A DNA stretch of 64,000 nt from Parcubacteria bacterium C7867-006 (GCA_001189155.1 LFCP01000004.1:133618-197617); one strand, 5' to 3'; counted from the first letter of the stretch, positions 34,812 to 43,502 are shown. Notes: generated by a model not told the origin, from the sequence alone. Made by a program: numbers and translations.

Positions 34812-35993
34812 TTATTTGATAACTTTCTTCAACACTTTTATTAAATAATCTATATCTGATTTTTTAGTTCCCCGACCCATAGTAAATCTTAAACTTGATA
34901 GGCTACAATTCTCTTTACCTATATTGGATATAACGTAAGAAGATGAATCTTCTTTCAAAGTTCGACAAGAAGAAGAATACGATGCACACACACCATTAAC
35001 ATCCAGAGATATAACAGAGAACTCAGCGTCCAATCCATGGAAACAAATGTTTAAATTATTAGGTAATCTATTTTTGTGAGAGCCATTTAGTGAGGCTTTT
35101 GGGAAAATCTCTAAAATATTTTTTATCCCGTAATCACGAATTAATTCTAATCTTTTGCTTTCTCTTTCCCTTTCTGAAGTCACTATCTCGAGAGCTTTTG
35201 CTAATCCCACAACATTAGAAATATTTTCTGTACCACTTCGCAGACCCTTCTCCTGACCGCCACCAAAAACTATTGGTTTTATTTTTACATCACCTCTAAC
35301 ATATAGAAATCCAGAACCTCTTGGGCCGTAAATTTTTATTCCATCAACAGTCATCAAATCCACTCCGAGTCTTAAAACATTCATATCCAAATATGATGGT
35401 GCCTGACAAGCATCTGTATGGAAATAAGGCAGTATAGTATTTTTACTTTTTCTAAACTCCCTTATAACTTTTGAAATCTCGTTTATAGGTTGTATTGTTC
35501 CTATCTCGTTGTTTGCGTACATGACAGAAACTAAAACAGTATTCTCTCTCAAAACTTCTTTAATTGATTTTGGAGAAACTATTCCATCTTCACCAACCGG
35601 AACAATAGTTACTTCACCACCCCTATTTTCTATTTCTTTAAAAACTTCCAAAACAGCAGGGTGCTCTATCGTTGTAGTTACAAAATGCTGAGTAAATCCA
35701 TTTTTTCTATTAGCTTCAAACACTCCCAATATAGCCAGGTTGTTACTCTCTGTTCCCCCACTAGTAAAAACAATATCCTCTTTCTGTGAACTAATTATGT
35801 TTGCTATCTTTTTTCTTGCAGAAGACAACTCTTCCTTTGCTAAAATAGACTCAGAATACAGAGCTGATGGGTTAAAATATAGACTTGTCTTTTTTTTATT
35901 TATCTCAAACTCCACTTCTTTTAAAATTGGTGTCGTTGATGCATAATCCAAAAAAACTCGTTTTTTAGGCAAAAAATTACTTAAAAATGTCAT
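34812..35993 (-). CDS. Cysteine desulfurase (class V aminotransferase, NifS/IscS-like)
   Basis: YLDYASTTP-like start (VFLDYASTTP), TSGGTESNN, and the PLP-Lys region. The start is set at ATG 35993, preceded by TATTAT and 6 nt. Confidence 0.8.
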   Translation of the reverse strand: MTFLSNFLPKKRVFLDYASTTPILKEVEFEINKKKTSLYFNPSALYSESILAKEELSSARKKIANIISSQKEDIVFTSGGTESNNLAILGVFEANRKNGFTQHFVTTTIEHPAVLEVFKEIENRGGEVTIVPVGEDGIVSPKSIKEVLRENTVLVSVMYANNEIGTIQPINEISKVIREFRKSKNTILPYFHTDACQAPSYLDMNVLRLGVDLMTVDGIKIYGPRGSGFLYVRGDVKIKPIVFGGGQEKGLRSGTENISNVVGLAKALEIVTSERERESKRLELIRDYGIKNILEIFPKASLNGSHKNRLPNNLNICFHGLDAEFSVISLDVNGVCASYSSSCRTLKEDSSSYVISNIGKENCSLSSLRFTMGRGTKKSDIDYLIKVLKKVIK

Positions 35994-36049
35994 AACTTTA
36001 TAATACAGAGTCTTTTGCAAAATACAACAAAATGTAGTATAGTTGCGAA

Positions 36050-36520
36050 ATGATTTTTGATCCATTATATATCACATACGGTCTAATAGCCCTAGTAGTG
36101 ATACTTGTTGGATGGAATCTGAGACTAGAGATAAAAATCAAAAAACTCCTTATCGGAAAGGATGCGAAATCGTTAGAGGACTCTATTGTAAGTGCAAAAG
36201 ATAATCTAGAGAAACTTAATACTTTCCAAAAGGAATCTTCTTTGTACTTTAGAAATATTGAAAAGAGACTCAATCGAAGCCTACAGTCAGTAGAAACTAT
36301 AAGATTTAACCCCTTCAAAGGCACTGGTGATGGAGGTAACCAAAGCTTTTCAACATCTTTTCTTTCAGAAAATGGTGATGGAGTAGTAATATCGAGCCTC
36401 TATTCTAGAGACAGAGTTAGCGTATTTTCAAAACCATTGAACAAGTTTGAAAGTAGTTTTGAACTTACAGAAGAAGAAAAAGAAGTCATAAAAAATTCGA
36501 AATCTCAACTTTCACAATAA
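36050..36520 (+). CDS. DUF4446 family protein
   Basis: IRFNPFKGTGDGGNQSFSTSFLSENGDGVVISSLYSRD. TATAGT (36038-36043) lies 6 nt before the ATG. Confidence 0.6.
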   Translation: MIFDPLYITYGLIALVVILVGWNLRLEIKIKKLLIGKDAKSLEDSIVSAKDNLEKLNTFQKESSLYFRNIEKRLNRSLQSVETIRFNPFKGTGDGGNQSFSTSFLSENGDGVVISSLYSRDRVSVFSKPLNKFESSFELTEEEKEVIKNSKSQLSQ

Positions 36521-36558
36521 AACTAAAGCTCAGTTTATGAACTTAATCATTTACTACC

Positions 36559-38085
36559 ATGCAAACAACAAAAACAATAGAAGCGAAAGCTACGGTAGAA
36601 CGATCACCTGTGGTAGCAATAATGGGTCACATAGACCATGGTAAGTCCACTCTCCTTTCATATATAAGAAAAAGTAAAGAACCTCTCAACGAAGCTGGCG
36701 GAATCACTCAGCATATTTCTGCATACGAAGTTGAACACGAAACAAAAGAAGGTAAAAAACAAACCATTACTTTTATAGATACACCGGGACACGAGGCTTT
36801 TGGTGGTATTAGAAAAAGAGGGGCTTCTGTTGCAGATGTGGCTGTTTTGGTTGTTTCTGCTGAAGATGGAGTAAAACCTCAAACCATAGAAGCTCTAAAC
36901 TCAATAAAAGACAGTCACACTCCATATGTTGTTGCTATAAATAAAATAGATAAACCAGAAGCAAACATAGATAGAACAAAACAAAGTCTAGCTGAAAATG
37001 AAATCTATGTGGAAGGTTGGGGTGGAGATATTCCTGTTGTTGCTTTGTCAGCAAAAACAGGAGAAGGAGTTCCAGAACTTCTAGATATGATAATTCTAGT
37101 TGCAGAACTAGAAAATCTAACTGGAGACAGAAACACTCTAGCAGAGGGTATTGTTATAGAGAGCAACAGAGATACAAAAAAAGGTATTACGGCAACTTGT
37201 ATAATAAAAAATGGATCAATGGAAAAAGGTATGTTTATTGTCAGTGGAGTTGCTATTGCCCCAGTCAGAATAATGGAAAACTATCTTGGAAAACAGATAG
37301 ACAAAGCTTCTTTCTCTAGCCCAATAAGAATTATCGGCTGGGATGAACTACCTATTGTGGGAAATAGATTCCAAGTTTTTGACGACAGAAACAAAGCAAG
37401 GGAAGCTGTTGAAGCAGAAAAAGAAAAAATCGCAAATAAAAAATCTGCAGAAAATAGTCCTGAAAACTTTAGTAATGAAATAATCATAATACCTGTTTTG
37501 GTTAAAGCAGATACAGGAAGTAGTCTTGAAGCTGCAATAAATCAAATCAAAAAACTGGGTACTGAAACAGTAAAACCTCAAGTTGTTGCCTCTGGTATTG
37601 GAACCATATCAGAAAATGATATTCGACTAGCGAGTGGAACAGAGAAAGCTGTAATCATAGGCTTTAATGTAAAAGTAGACTCCCCTGCAAAAAACCTTGC
37701 AGAAAGAAGCGAAATAGAAATAAAGACTTTTGATATTATCTACAAAATGACAGAGTGGTTAGAAGAATTAATAAAAACAAAAACTCCAAAAATAAAAGTA
37801 GAAGAAATCACTGGTAGAGCAAAAGTACTAAAAGTATTTAGTAAATTAAAAGATAAACAAATTCTTGGTGGAAGAGTCGAAACAGGAAAAATAACTCTCG
37901 GATCACAAGTAAAAATAAAAAGGCGAGATTCTGAAATAGGTGAAGGAAAAGTTAGAGAACTTCAGCAACAAAAAAATGCTACTGAAGAAGTCCGTGAAGG
38001 AAGTGAATTTGGAGCGATGATTGTCTCAAATATAGAGATAGCTCCTGGAGACCACATAGAATGCATAATAGTAACAGAACAATAA
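36559..38085 (+). CDS. infB: Translation initiation factor IF-2 (short form)
   Basis: GHIDHGKST, DTPGHEAF and NKID. Confidence 0.9.
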   Translation: MQTTKTIEAKATVERSPVVAIMGHIDHGKSTLLSYIRKSKEPLNEAGGITQHISAYEVEHETKEGKKQTITFIDTPGHEAFGGIRKRGASVADVAVLVVSAEDGVKPQTIEALNSIKDSHTPYVVAINKIDKPEANIDRTKQSLAENEIYVEGWGGDIPVVALSAKTGEGVPELLDMIILVAELENLTGDRNTLAEGIVIESNRDTKKGITATCIIKNGSMEKGMFIVSGVAIAPVRIMENYLGKQIDKASFSSPIRIIGWDELPIVGNRFQVFDDRNKAREAVEAEKEKIANKKSAENSPENFSNEIIIIPVLVKADTGSSLEAAINQIKKLGTETVKPQVVASGIGTISENDIRLASGTEKAVIIGFNVKVDSPAKNLAERSEIEIKTFDIIYKMTEWLEELIKTKTPKIKVEEITGRAKVLKVFSKLKDKQILGGRVETGKITLGSQVKIKRRDSEIGEGKVRELQQQKNATEEVREGSEFGAMIVSNIEIAPGDHIECIIVTEQ

Positions 38086-38086
38086 T

Positions 38087-38416
38087 ATGAGCACACGAGA
38101 TGATAGAATAAAAGAAATATTAAGAGACTTGGGAGCACGTTTTTTGCTTATAAATGGAAATGGTTCATCACTTATTACTGTTACAAATGTAGAATTAACA
38201 AGTCGTGGTAAAAATGCTACTATCTTCTTTACAGTCTTTCCAGTTGAATTTGAAAAGACCGCACTTGAGTTCGCAAAGAGAAAACGTAGTGAATTCAAGG
38301 AGTTTGTAATGGATAATTCAAAATTAGGTCGTATTCCTCAACTTGATTTTGAAATAGATACAGGAGAAAAAAATAGACAAAAAATTGACTCTCTCCTTGG
38401 TCAGCAAATAAAATAA
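38087..38416 (+). CDS. rbfA: Ribosome-binding factor A
   Basis: Positioned directly after infB. Contains RIKEILRD...ITVTNVELTSRGKNATIFF. Confidence 0.65.
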   Translation: MSTRDDRIKEILRDLGARFLLINGNGSSLITVTNVELTSRGKNATIFFTVFPVEFEKTALEFAKRKRSEFKEFVMDNSKLGRIPQLDFEIDTGEKNRQKIDSLLGQQIK

Positions 38417-38488
38417 GGCGTAGTGGCCAAGTGGTAAGGCAAAGATCTGCAAAATCTTTATACGGCGGTTCGATTCCGCCCTACGCCT
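38417..38488 (+). tRNA. tRNA-Cys (anticodon GCA)
   Basis: Acceptor GGCGTAG/CTACGCC and anticodon loop CTGCAAA. Starts directly after the rbfA stop. Confidence 0.9.
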
Positions 38489-38549
38489 CCCGAAAAAAGC
38501 AAAGCTTTTTAGCGGAATTGGGCCAATTTAGGTCATTCAAATAAATATT

Positions 38550-38634
38550 GCCCGGATGGCGGAACTGGTATACGCGCACGACTTAAAATCGTGTCTCGAA
38601 AGGGATGTGGGTTCGATTCCCACTCTGGGCACCA
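38550..38634 (+). tRNA. tRNA-Leu (anticodon TAA), CCA encoded
   Basis: Acceptor GCCCGGA/TCTGGGC, anticodon loop CTTAAAA and a long variable arm. Confidence 0.9.
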
Positions 38635-38654
38635 GAAGAAAAACGGAGTTTTTT

Positions 38655-38775
38655 GAGTGGGAATCGAACAGATTTCCGGTTTACAAATTCAATAGAATTT
38701 GTCGGAAATTTGCGTTTTTAATTTTATTGAGTGGCGACGAAATAAAATTAAAAAAGATTACCCCACTCTGGGCAC
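38655..38775 (+). repeat. Split copy of the tRNA-Leu(TAA) T-arm and 3' end (element W): GAGTGGGAATCGAA-[two hairpins]-GATTACCCCACTCTGGGCAC
   Basis: Its ends reproduce GTGGG TTCGATT CCCAC TCTGGGCA of the adjacent tRNA. The interior holds the hairpins GATTTCCGG..CCGGAAATT-like and TTTTTAATTTTATT/AATAAAATTAAAAA. Confidence 0.5.
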
Positions 38776-38811
38776 AATAAAACTCCGTAAGGAGTTTTAT
38801 TGTGCCCAGAG
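38766..38811. repeat. 21-bp perfect inverted repeat CTCTGGGCACAATAAAACTCC-GTAA-GGAGTTTTATTGTGCCCAGAG
   Basis: It joins the 3' acceptor-like end of W, a terminator core, and the 5' acceptor-like start of X. Confidence 0.85.
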
Positions 38812-38929
38812 AGTAAAGCTATGTTATAATTTTACGTTTGGAATCGAAGCCCGATTGAGATTTTTTATGATTTTAAGAAACAAAAAATCCAATTAGGGTA
38901 CTGATCCTGTAAGGATCGAATACCCAAAC
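38802..38929 (+). ncRNA. tRNA-Leu-linked tRNA-like element, copy X (lacks a 3' acceptor strand)
   Basis: GCCCAGAG start, H1 GTAAA..TTTAC, P1 GTTTGG/CCAAAC, TCGAAGCC, P2 GATTTTTT/AAAAAATC, GTACTGA, and P3 GATCC-TGTAA-GGATC (38903-38917). Confidence 0.4.
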
Positions 38930-38933
38930 TTTG

Positions 38934-39006
38934 TGCACCCACCAGGGATCGAACCTGGGACCTTATCCTTAAGAGGGATCTGCTCTACCAGCTGAGCTAT
39001 AGGTGC
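38934..39006 (-). tRNA. tRNA-Lys (anticodon CTT)
   Basis: Acceptor GCACCTA/TGGGTGC (one G-U pair), anticodon loop CTCTTAA and T-loop TTCGATC. Confidence 0.85.
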
Positions 39007-39084
39007 AATTCGTACATATTACCTGATATTTATGGTAATTTCAATATTTTTAAGAATATGTTATAGTTCTCGTGTGATAAATAC

Positions 39085-39165
39085 GGGCAAGTGGCGGAAT
39101 TGGTATACGCGCTAGTCTTAGGAACTAGTTCCTCACGGATTGGGAGTTCGAGTCTCCCCTTGCCC
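39085..39165 (+). tRNA. tRNA-Leu (anticodon TAG)
   Basis: Acceptor GGGCAAG/CTTGCCC and anticodon loop CTTAGGA. A terminator AAACACC-GAAA-GGTGTTT follows. Confidence 0.9.
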
Positions 39166-39199
39166 ACAAACAACAAACACCGAAAGGTGTTTTTGTTTT

Positions 39200-39328
39200 G
39201 GGACAAGGAGAAAAGTCTGGGAGACTTTTCGTGGAGACTCGAAGCCTGTTTGAGATATTTTGGGAGTTATGAAATTACGAACAAAAATATCCAAACATGG
39301 GTACTGATCCTGTAAGGATCGAGTCTCT
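39200..39328 (+). ncRNA. tRNA-Leu-linked tRNA-like element, copy Y
   Basis: GGGACAAGG start, H1 AAAAGTC-TGGGA-GACTTTT, P1 GGAGAC/GTCTC, TCGAAGCC, P2 GATATTTT/AAAATATC, GTACTGA, and P3 GATCC-TGTAA-GGATC (39306-39320). Confidence 0.4.
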
Positions 39329-39375
39329 AATGAAAATTTTGAGTCGCGGACGAGTCTCCTAAAAATGGAACTCAT

Positions 39376-39444
39376 GTACAGAAACTGTAAGTTTCGAGAT
39401 TCTCCCCTTGCTAATTATTCCTGACCGAGTCTCCCCTTACCCCC
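39376..39444 (+). repeat. Partial second element (P3 GAAAC-TGTAA-GTTTC plus a tRNA-3'-end-like CGAGATTCTCCCCTTGCTA) and a third tRNA-3'-end-like copy (CCGAGTCTCCCCTTACCCC)
   Basis: Compare with the tRNA-Leu(TAG) 3' end TCGAGTCTCCCCTTGCCCA. Confidence 0.55.
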
Positions 39445-39448
39445 CCAC

Positions 39449-39477
39449 TTGACAGATACCACATAATGTATTACTGT
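39449..39477 (+). promoter_or_regulatory. TTGACA-N17-TACTGT promoter-like sequence for the GC-rich ORF 39495
   Basis: It starts 5 nt after the last tRNA-3'-end-like copy. Confidence 0.4.
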
Positions 39478-39494
39478 ACAACGCAGGAGCACCT

Positions 39495-39707
39495 ATGACA
39501 CACAACGAGATTGTCACTCTGATGAGGAGCAGTCGCTCTCCAGAGGAGTGGAAAAGCAATGAGGAGAGAGTGAAAGCTCACTTCTCTGGAAGTCTACCCT
39601 CTTTCTGGTACGGACTGATCGTTCAGTCCGAGGTGGCCAAGAAAACAAAAGCTTCATGGCCAAAACCACGACCCACACAACCCAAACGGCCGAGCCTGTG
39701 CCGCTGA
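39495..39707 (+). CDS. GC-rich ORFan cassette
   Basis: 70 aa. AGGAG lies 6 nt before the ATG, and a GC hairpin plus T-run lies after the stop. Confidence 0.5.
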   Translation: MTHNEIVTLMRSSRSPEEWKSNEERVKAHFSGSLPSFWYGLIVQSEVAKKTKASWPKPRPTQPKRPSLCR

Positions 39708-39805
39708 CACACCGAGCCGCCGAGTTCCGAGAGGAACCCGGCGCTTTCTTATTTTTTTGAATAAACAAAAACCACTTGTAAAAGTGGTTTTTGTTTATTC
39801 AACTA

Positions 39806-39955
39806 CTATATAACTTTCTCACCCCTAATTACTCTGATTAGAATTACTATAATAGCAATCACAAGCAATACATTTATAAAACCTCCTATTGTATGTGCTG
39901 TGACAACACCAAGCAACCATAGTATGAGTAATATAACCGCAATTGTGGTTAACAT
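39806..39955 (-). CDS. lmo0937-family small membrane protein (49 aa)
   Basis: MLTTIAVILLILWLLGVVTAHTIGGFINVLLVIAIIVILIRVIRG matches that family pattern. Below the ORF-track cutoff. Confidence 0.6.
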   Translation of the reverse strand: MLTTIAVILLILWLLGVVTAHTIGGFINVLLVIAIIVILIRVIRGEKVI

Positions 39956-39958
39956 ATA

Positions 39959-40603
39959 CTATTGATTAGTATGAAATGTTGAAGGCCAAGTAATACTCTC
40001 ATTACCTAAACTGTCTCTAACATAAACAATATAATAATATGTTGTATTAGGACTAAGATTAGTTAAAGATGTTGAATGTGAAGACTGTAGATTTGTATCT
40101 ACTAGAACACTAGACCCGCCAATAGTAACTTTAGTTGTCTGACTACCTTCAATCATTGAAAGTGGTGATGTTCCGTAATAAAGAACTGATGAAGAATTCT
40201 CATCTGTATTCCAACTAAGATTGGCCCCAGTATTTGAGACATTTACATTAACTGAATATATAAAAGGAGAAGTATTATCACCATTCATTTGGTTGTTTAT
40301 AGCAGCCAAAGTTATTGGACCAACACGACCAACAGTGGCTATTCCATTTCTTGCCTGAAAGTTAGAAACTGCTGAAGTAGTTAGAGTTCCGAAATACCCA
40401 GTAACTAGACCTTGAGGATAGATTGTTGCATCTTTAGCAAGAAAAGTTTGGAGAAGAGAAACATCTGCTCCAGACATACCTTGCTGTAACTGTCTGGTTA
40501 ACATTTCAGCAGAAGCTATAACTGGACTACCAGCTAAAACTAGAGAACTTATAATTATACTCGCACCGAAAACATACTGAACAAAACTTTTAATATTTGT
40601 CAT
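39959..40603 (-). CDS. Secreted protein with a peptidoglycan-binding (PG_binding_1-like) domain and an FN3-like domain
   Basis: The start is set at ATG 40603 (signal-like MTNIKSF..ASA). Contains GADVSLLQTFLA..GYFGTLTTSAVSNFQ, and LSWNTDE...LSPNTTYYY. Confidence 0.6.
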   Translation of the reverse strand: MTNIKSFVQYVFGASIIISSLVLAGSPVIASAEMLTRQLQQGMSGADVSLLQTFLAKDATIYPQGLVTGYFGTLTTSAVSNFQARNGIATVGRVGPITLAAINNQMNGDNTSPFIYSVNVNVSNTGANLSWNTDENSSSVLYYGTSPLSMIEGSQTTKVTIGGSSVLVDTNLQSSHSTSLTNLSPNTTYYYIVYVRDSLGNESITWPSTFHTNQ

Positions 40604-40876
40604 GATTTTTATATTTAATTTATAAAAGAACTTGGGCAAAACAATTTCTAAGTGCAAACTCTAGATACTTTCCACTGGATACAAATTAAATTGTCCAGTC
40701 GACTCTTGGAGATTACGAGTCTGATGTGCACCGTTGTTATTAGATATCCTTGCGACCCATTCATTATACACCCAATATTGACAATATACTACCTATATTG
40801 TTTTATGACACACAAATGCAAATAAACCTATTTTCATAAGTTTATTCTAATAACTTATAAAATATTAATGCAATAA

Positions 40877-41842
40877 CTACCCAACCTTATTCTTCACCTC
40901 ATTTCCTTCAAAAAAGTCTACAATACTTTGAGCAGCTAAAACTGCCATATCATTTCTCGCACTCTCACGTGCAGAGGCTATGTGTGGAGTCAAAACAACA
41001 TTTTGTAAATCTTTCAATCCATCGGCTAGGTTCGGTTCAAACTCAAAAACATCAAGTCCTGCTCCGGCAATAGTTTTATTTTTCAAAGCCTCAACTAGAG
41101 CAACCTCATCAACAACAGGCCCGCGAGAAGTGTTAATCAAAAATGCTGTCGGCTTCATTATTTTCAAATGACTTTCGTTTATCAGATGATGTGTAGAATC
41201 CATAAGCGGGACGTGGAGACTGACGATATCTGCAGCTTTTAGTAATTCATTTACATCACTATAAAAAACAGCTCCGCAATCACTCTCTATTTTCTCATTT
41301 TTTGCAACATCATTATAAATAACATTTACACCAAATCCCTTTAAAATATGAGCTACTCTACCGCCGATATTTCCAACACCAATCAAACCTATAGTTTTTC
41401 CGGACAGATCAGTTCCCACAAAGTTATATGGAGTCCAACCCTTGAATTTTCCCTCTCTCATAAACAAATCACCCTCAACTAGTCTGGTCGTAAGAGCCAA
41501 CATAAGCGCAACTGTATGTTCTGCTACAGCCAAAGCCGAAACTCCTGGCGTATTTGTAACAACAACTCCTCTCTTTTTTGCTTCTTCAACATCTATATTA
41601 TTAAAACCTGTAGCATAGTTAGCTACTATTTTTATATTTGGTGAAGCATCAAAAACACTAGAATCTATTTTATCAGTAAGAAGCGAAACTAGACCAACAT
41701 ATTCGGAACTTTTAAGTCTTTCTAGTAACTCTTCATGACTTGGAGCGTGTTCGTCAGGATAAATATCTAACTCAAAACCTTTCTCCTCCAACATTTTTAT
41801 ACCAACTTCTGGAATTTTTCTAGTTAAAAATATTTTATTCAT
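40877..41842 (-). CDS. D-isomer-specific 2-hydroxyacid dehydrogenase (glyoxylate/hydroxypyruvate reductase-like)
   Basis: GLIGVGNIGGRVA, NTSRGPVVDE, LDVFEFEP, and the TPHIAS motif. Confidence 0.8.
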   Translation of the reverse strand: MNKIFLTRKIPEVGIKMLEEKGFELDIYPDEHAPSHEELLERLKSSEYVGLVSLLTDKIDSSVFDASPNIKIVANYATGFNNIDVEEAKKRGVVVTNTPGVSALAVAEHTVALMLALTTRLVEGDLFMREGKFKGWTPYNFVGTDLSGKTIGLIGVGNIGGRVAHILKGFGVNVIYNDVAKNEKIESDCGAVFYSDVNELLKAADIVSLHVPLMDSTHHLINESHLKIMKPTAFLINTSRGPVVDEVALVEALKNKTIAGAGLDVFEFEPNLADGLKDLQNVVLTPHIASARESARNDMAVLAAQSIVDFFEGNEVKNKVG

Positions 41843-41859
41843 TTTATTTTCATTTAATT

Positions 41860-42504
41860 TTATTGGTTTTTTAACGATCGAATTTCTTTATTTATCATAT
41901 AACCCTCATTATCTAAATCATAAATAACGATATCACTAAAAAGCATTTCTACATTTGAAATGTCTTCATCTTTAATTTTTTCTATATATTTCATCAGTGC
42001 ACGAATAGTGTTTCCATGAGAAACAATCAAAATATTTTTTCCACTATTTATCAATGGAACAATTACTTCAACAAAAAAAGGTACAGCTCTCTCGTAAACC
42101 ATTTTTAAACTCTCACCATTTGGAACTGGCACATCCCAACCACGGCGAATTTTATTAAATTCGTCCTCACCTATCTCTGTTTCCATATCCCATTTATTTT
42201 TTCCAGTATAGTCTCCATAGTCACGCTCATTTAGAGCTGAAACATGCTCTGTTGGCAAAACAGAATCAGCCATACAAACACTCAATATAGATGAGAGAGT
42301 TTCTATTGATCTGACCTGCATAGAAGCAAAAGCTTTATCAAAACAAATATCTTTAACTAACTCACCCAACTCTTTTGATTTTGCAAAGCCATCTTCAGTT
42401 AAATGAACATCGCGACTACCAGTCCATTGTCCCAACTTGTTCCACTCTGATTCTTGATGACGAACTATTACTAGTTTACCTTTTTTAACAATTTCATTTT
42501 CCAT
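41860..42504 (-). CDS. gpmA: Histidine phosphatase family protein, dPGM-like phosphoglycerate mutase
   Basis: VIVRHQESEWN (RHGE-like), and a later SHGNTIRA. Confidence 0.7.
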   Translation of the reverse strand: MENEIVKKGKLVIVRHQESEWNKLGQWTGSRDVHLTEDGFAKSKELGELVKDICFDKAFASMQVRSIETLSSILSVCMADSVLPTEHVSALNERDYGDYTGKNKWDMETEIGEDEFNKIRRGWDVPVPNGESLKMVYERAVPFFVEVIVPLINSGKNILIVSHGNTIRALMKYIEKIKDEDISNVEMLFSDIVIYDLDNEGYMINKEIRSLKNQ

Positions 42505-42505
42505 T

Positions 42506-43318
42506 TTATTTCAATAAATTAACTTCTGATTTCATATGATTTTCTGATTCAGAAACTATCTTTTCCATAACAGAAACTACTTCGAGAGGATGTTTCCCTA
42601 TTGCAGTTTCTTCTGAAAGCATAACAGCATCAGCACCTTGTGTTATAGCGAACGATACATCTGTAACTTCAGCCCGAGTTGGCTCAATGTTTTCTGTCAT
42701 ACTCAAAAGCATCTGTGTCGCCACTATAACAGGCTTACTAACTAGTTTACATTTTTTTATTATTTCAGATTCAATAAAAGGTATTTCTTCAATCCTAAAC
42801 TCATTTCCTAAATCACCTCTAGCTATCATGATGGCATCAGAGACTTTTATTATTTCATCAATATTATCTACAGCACTTTTTCTTTCTATTTTTGATACAA
42901 CTCTTTGTTCGCCTCCACAGCTTTTTATAAAATCTTTACAAACAACAACATCATTTGCAGAACCCACAAAAGAGAGAGCAATAAAATCAATATTTTTATC
43001 AATCGAAAATTTTATTATTTCTTTATCATTATCAGTTATGGCGGAGTCAAAGTTTTTATCATAAGTATGAGAGTTTCCGTTTTGGACACGAGGACCAGGC
43101 AAATCAGCCATTATTAAAATTTTTCTATTTAAATTTTCTTCAGTTTCTCTAATAACATTTATAACTCTATTTTTCTCATCAAAATCTCCCCAAGAAAAAT
43201 TGAGTCTTGCAATATCCAAGCCAGAAGTGACCATTGATTTGAATATTTCTGGATCTTCAGAAGAACCGTTAATAGTAGCTATAATTTGAGCCCGAGAATT
43301 CATCTTTTTATTATACAA
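42506..43318 (-). CDS. pyk: Pyruvate kinase, A-domain (barrel) only
   Basis: LNFSWG, KIERKSAV.., MIARGDLG, and ATQMLLSM..PTRAEVTDV. At 270 aa there is no room for the usual B-lid and C-terminal domains. Confidence 0.7.
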   Translation of the reverse strand: MYNKKMNSRAQIIATINGSSEDPEIFKSMVTSGLDIARLNFSWGDFDEKNRVINVIRETEENLNRKILIMADLPGPRVQNGNSHTYDKNFDSAITDNDKEIIKFSIDKNIDFIALSFVGSANDVVVCKDFIKSCGGEQRVVSKIERKSAVDNIDEIIKVSDAIMIARGDLGNEFRIEEIPFIESEIIKKCKLVSKPVIVATQMLLSMTENIEPTRAEVTDVSFAITQGADAVMLSEETAIGKHPLEVVSVMEKIVSESENHMKSEVNLLK

Positions 43319-43402
43319 CAGTAAGAACTTAAAGCTATGTAAAAGTAATAAAAAATATAAAAAATATCCTTGTTTTTGGCTGTTTTTTGTTGTATAAAAA
43401 AC

Positions 43403-43431
43403 TTGACTTTTCTATTTTTATGTGATAGAAT
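43403..43431 (+). promoter_or_regulatory. TTGACT-N17-TGaTAGAAT promoter for the GC-rich two-gene module
   Basis: The -35 is at 43403-43408 and the -10 at 43426-43431. A ~65-nt leader follows, with AAAGGA before ATG 43503. Confidence 0.6.
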
Positions 43432-43502
43432 TATAAGCAGATGAGGATAGGCATCCTGCCGACCTCTCAGAACATTGACATCTGCATGAAAGGAAAAAGA
43501 AA

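Noticed and set aside
38556-39375. ORF-track ORFs 38556-38780, 38699-38896, 39091-39315 and 39133-39375.
   Set aside because: They begin inside tRNA genes (the MAELVYA.. translations are the tRNA-Leu D-arm) or run across the tRNA-like elements, so they are spurious.
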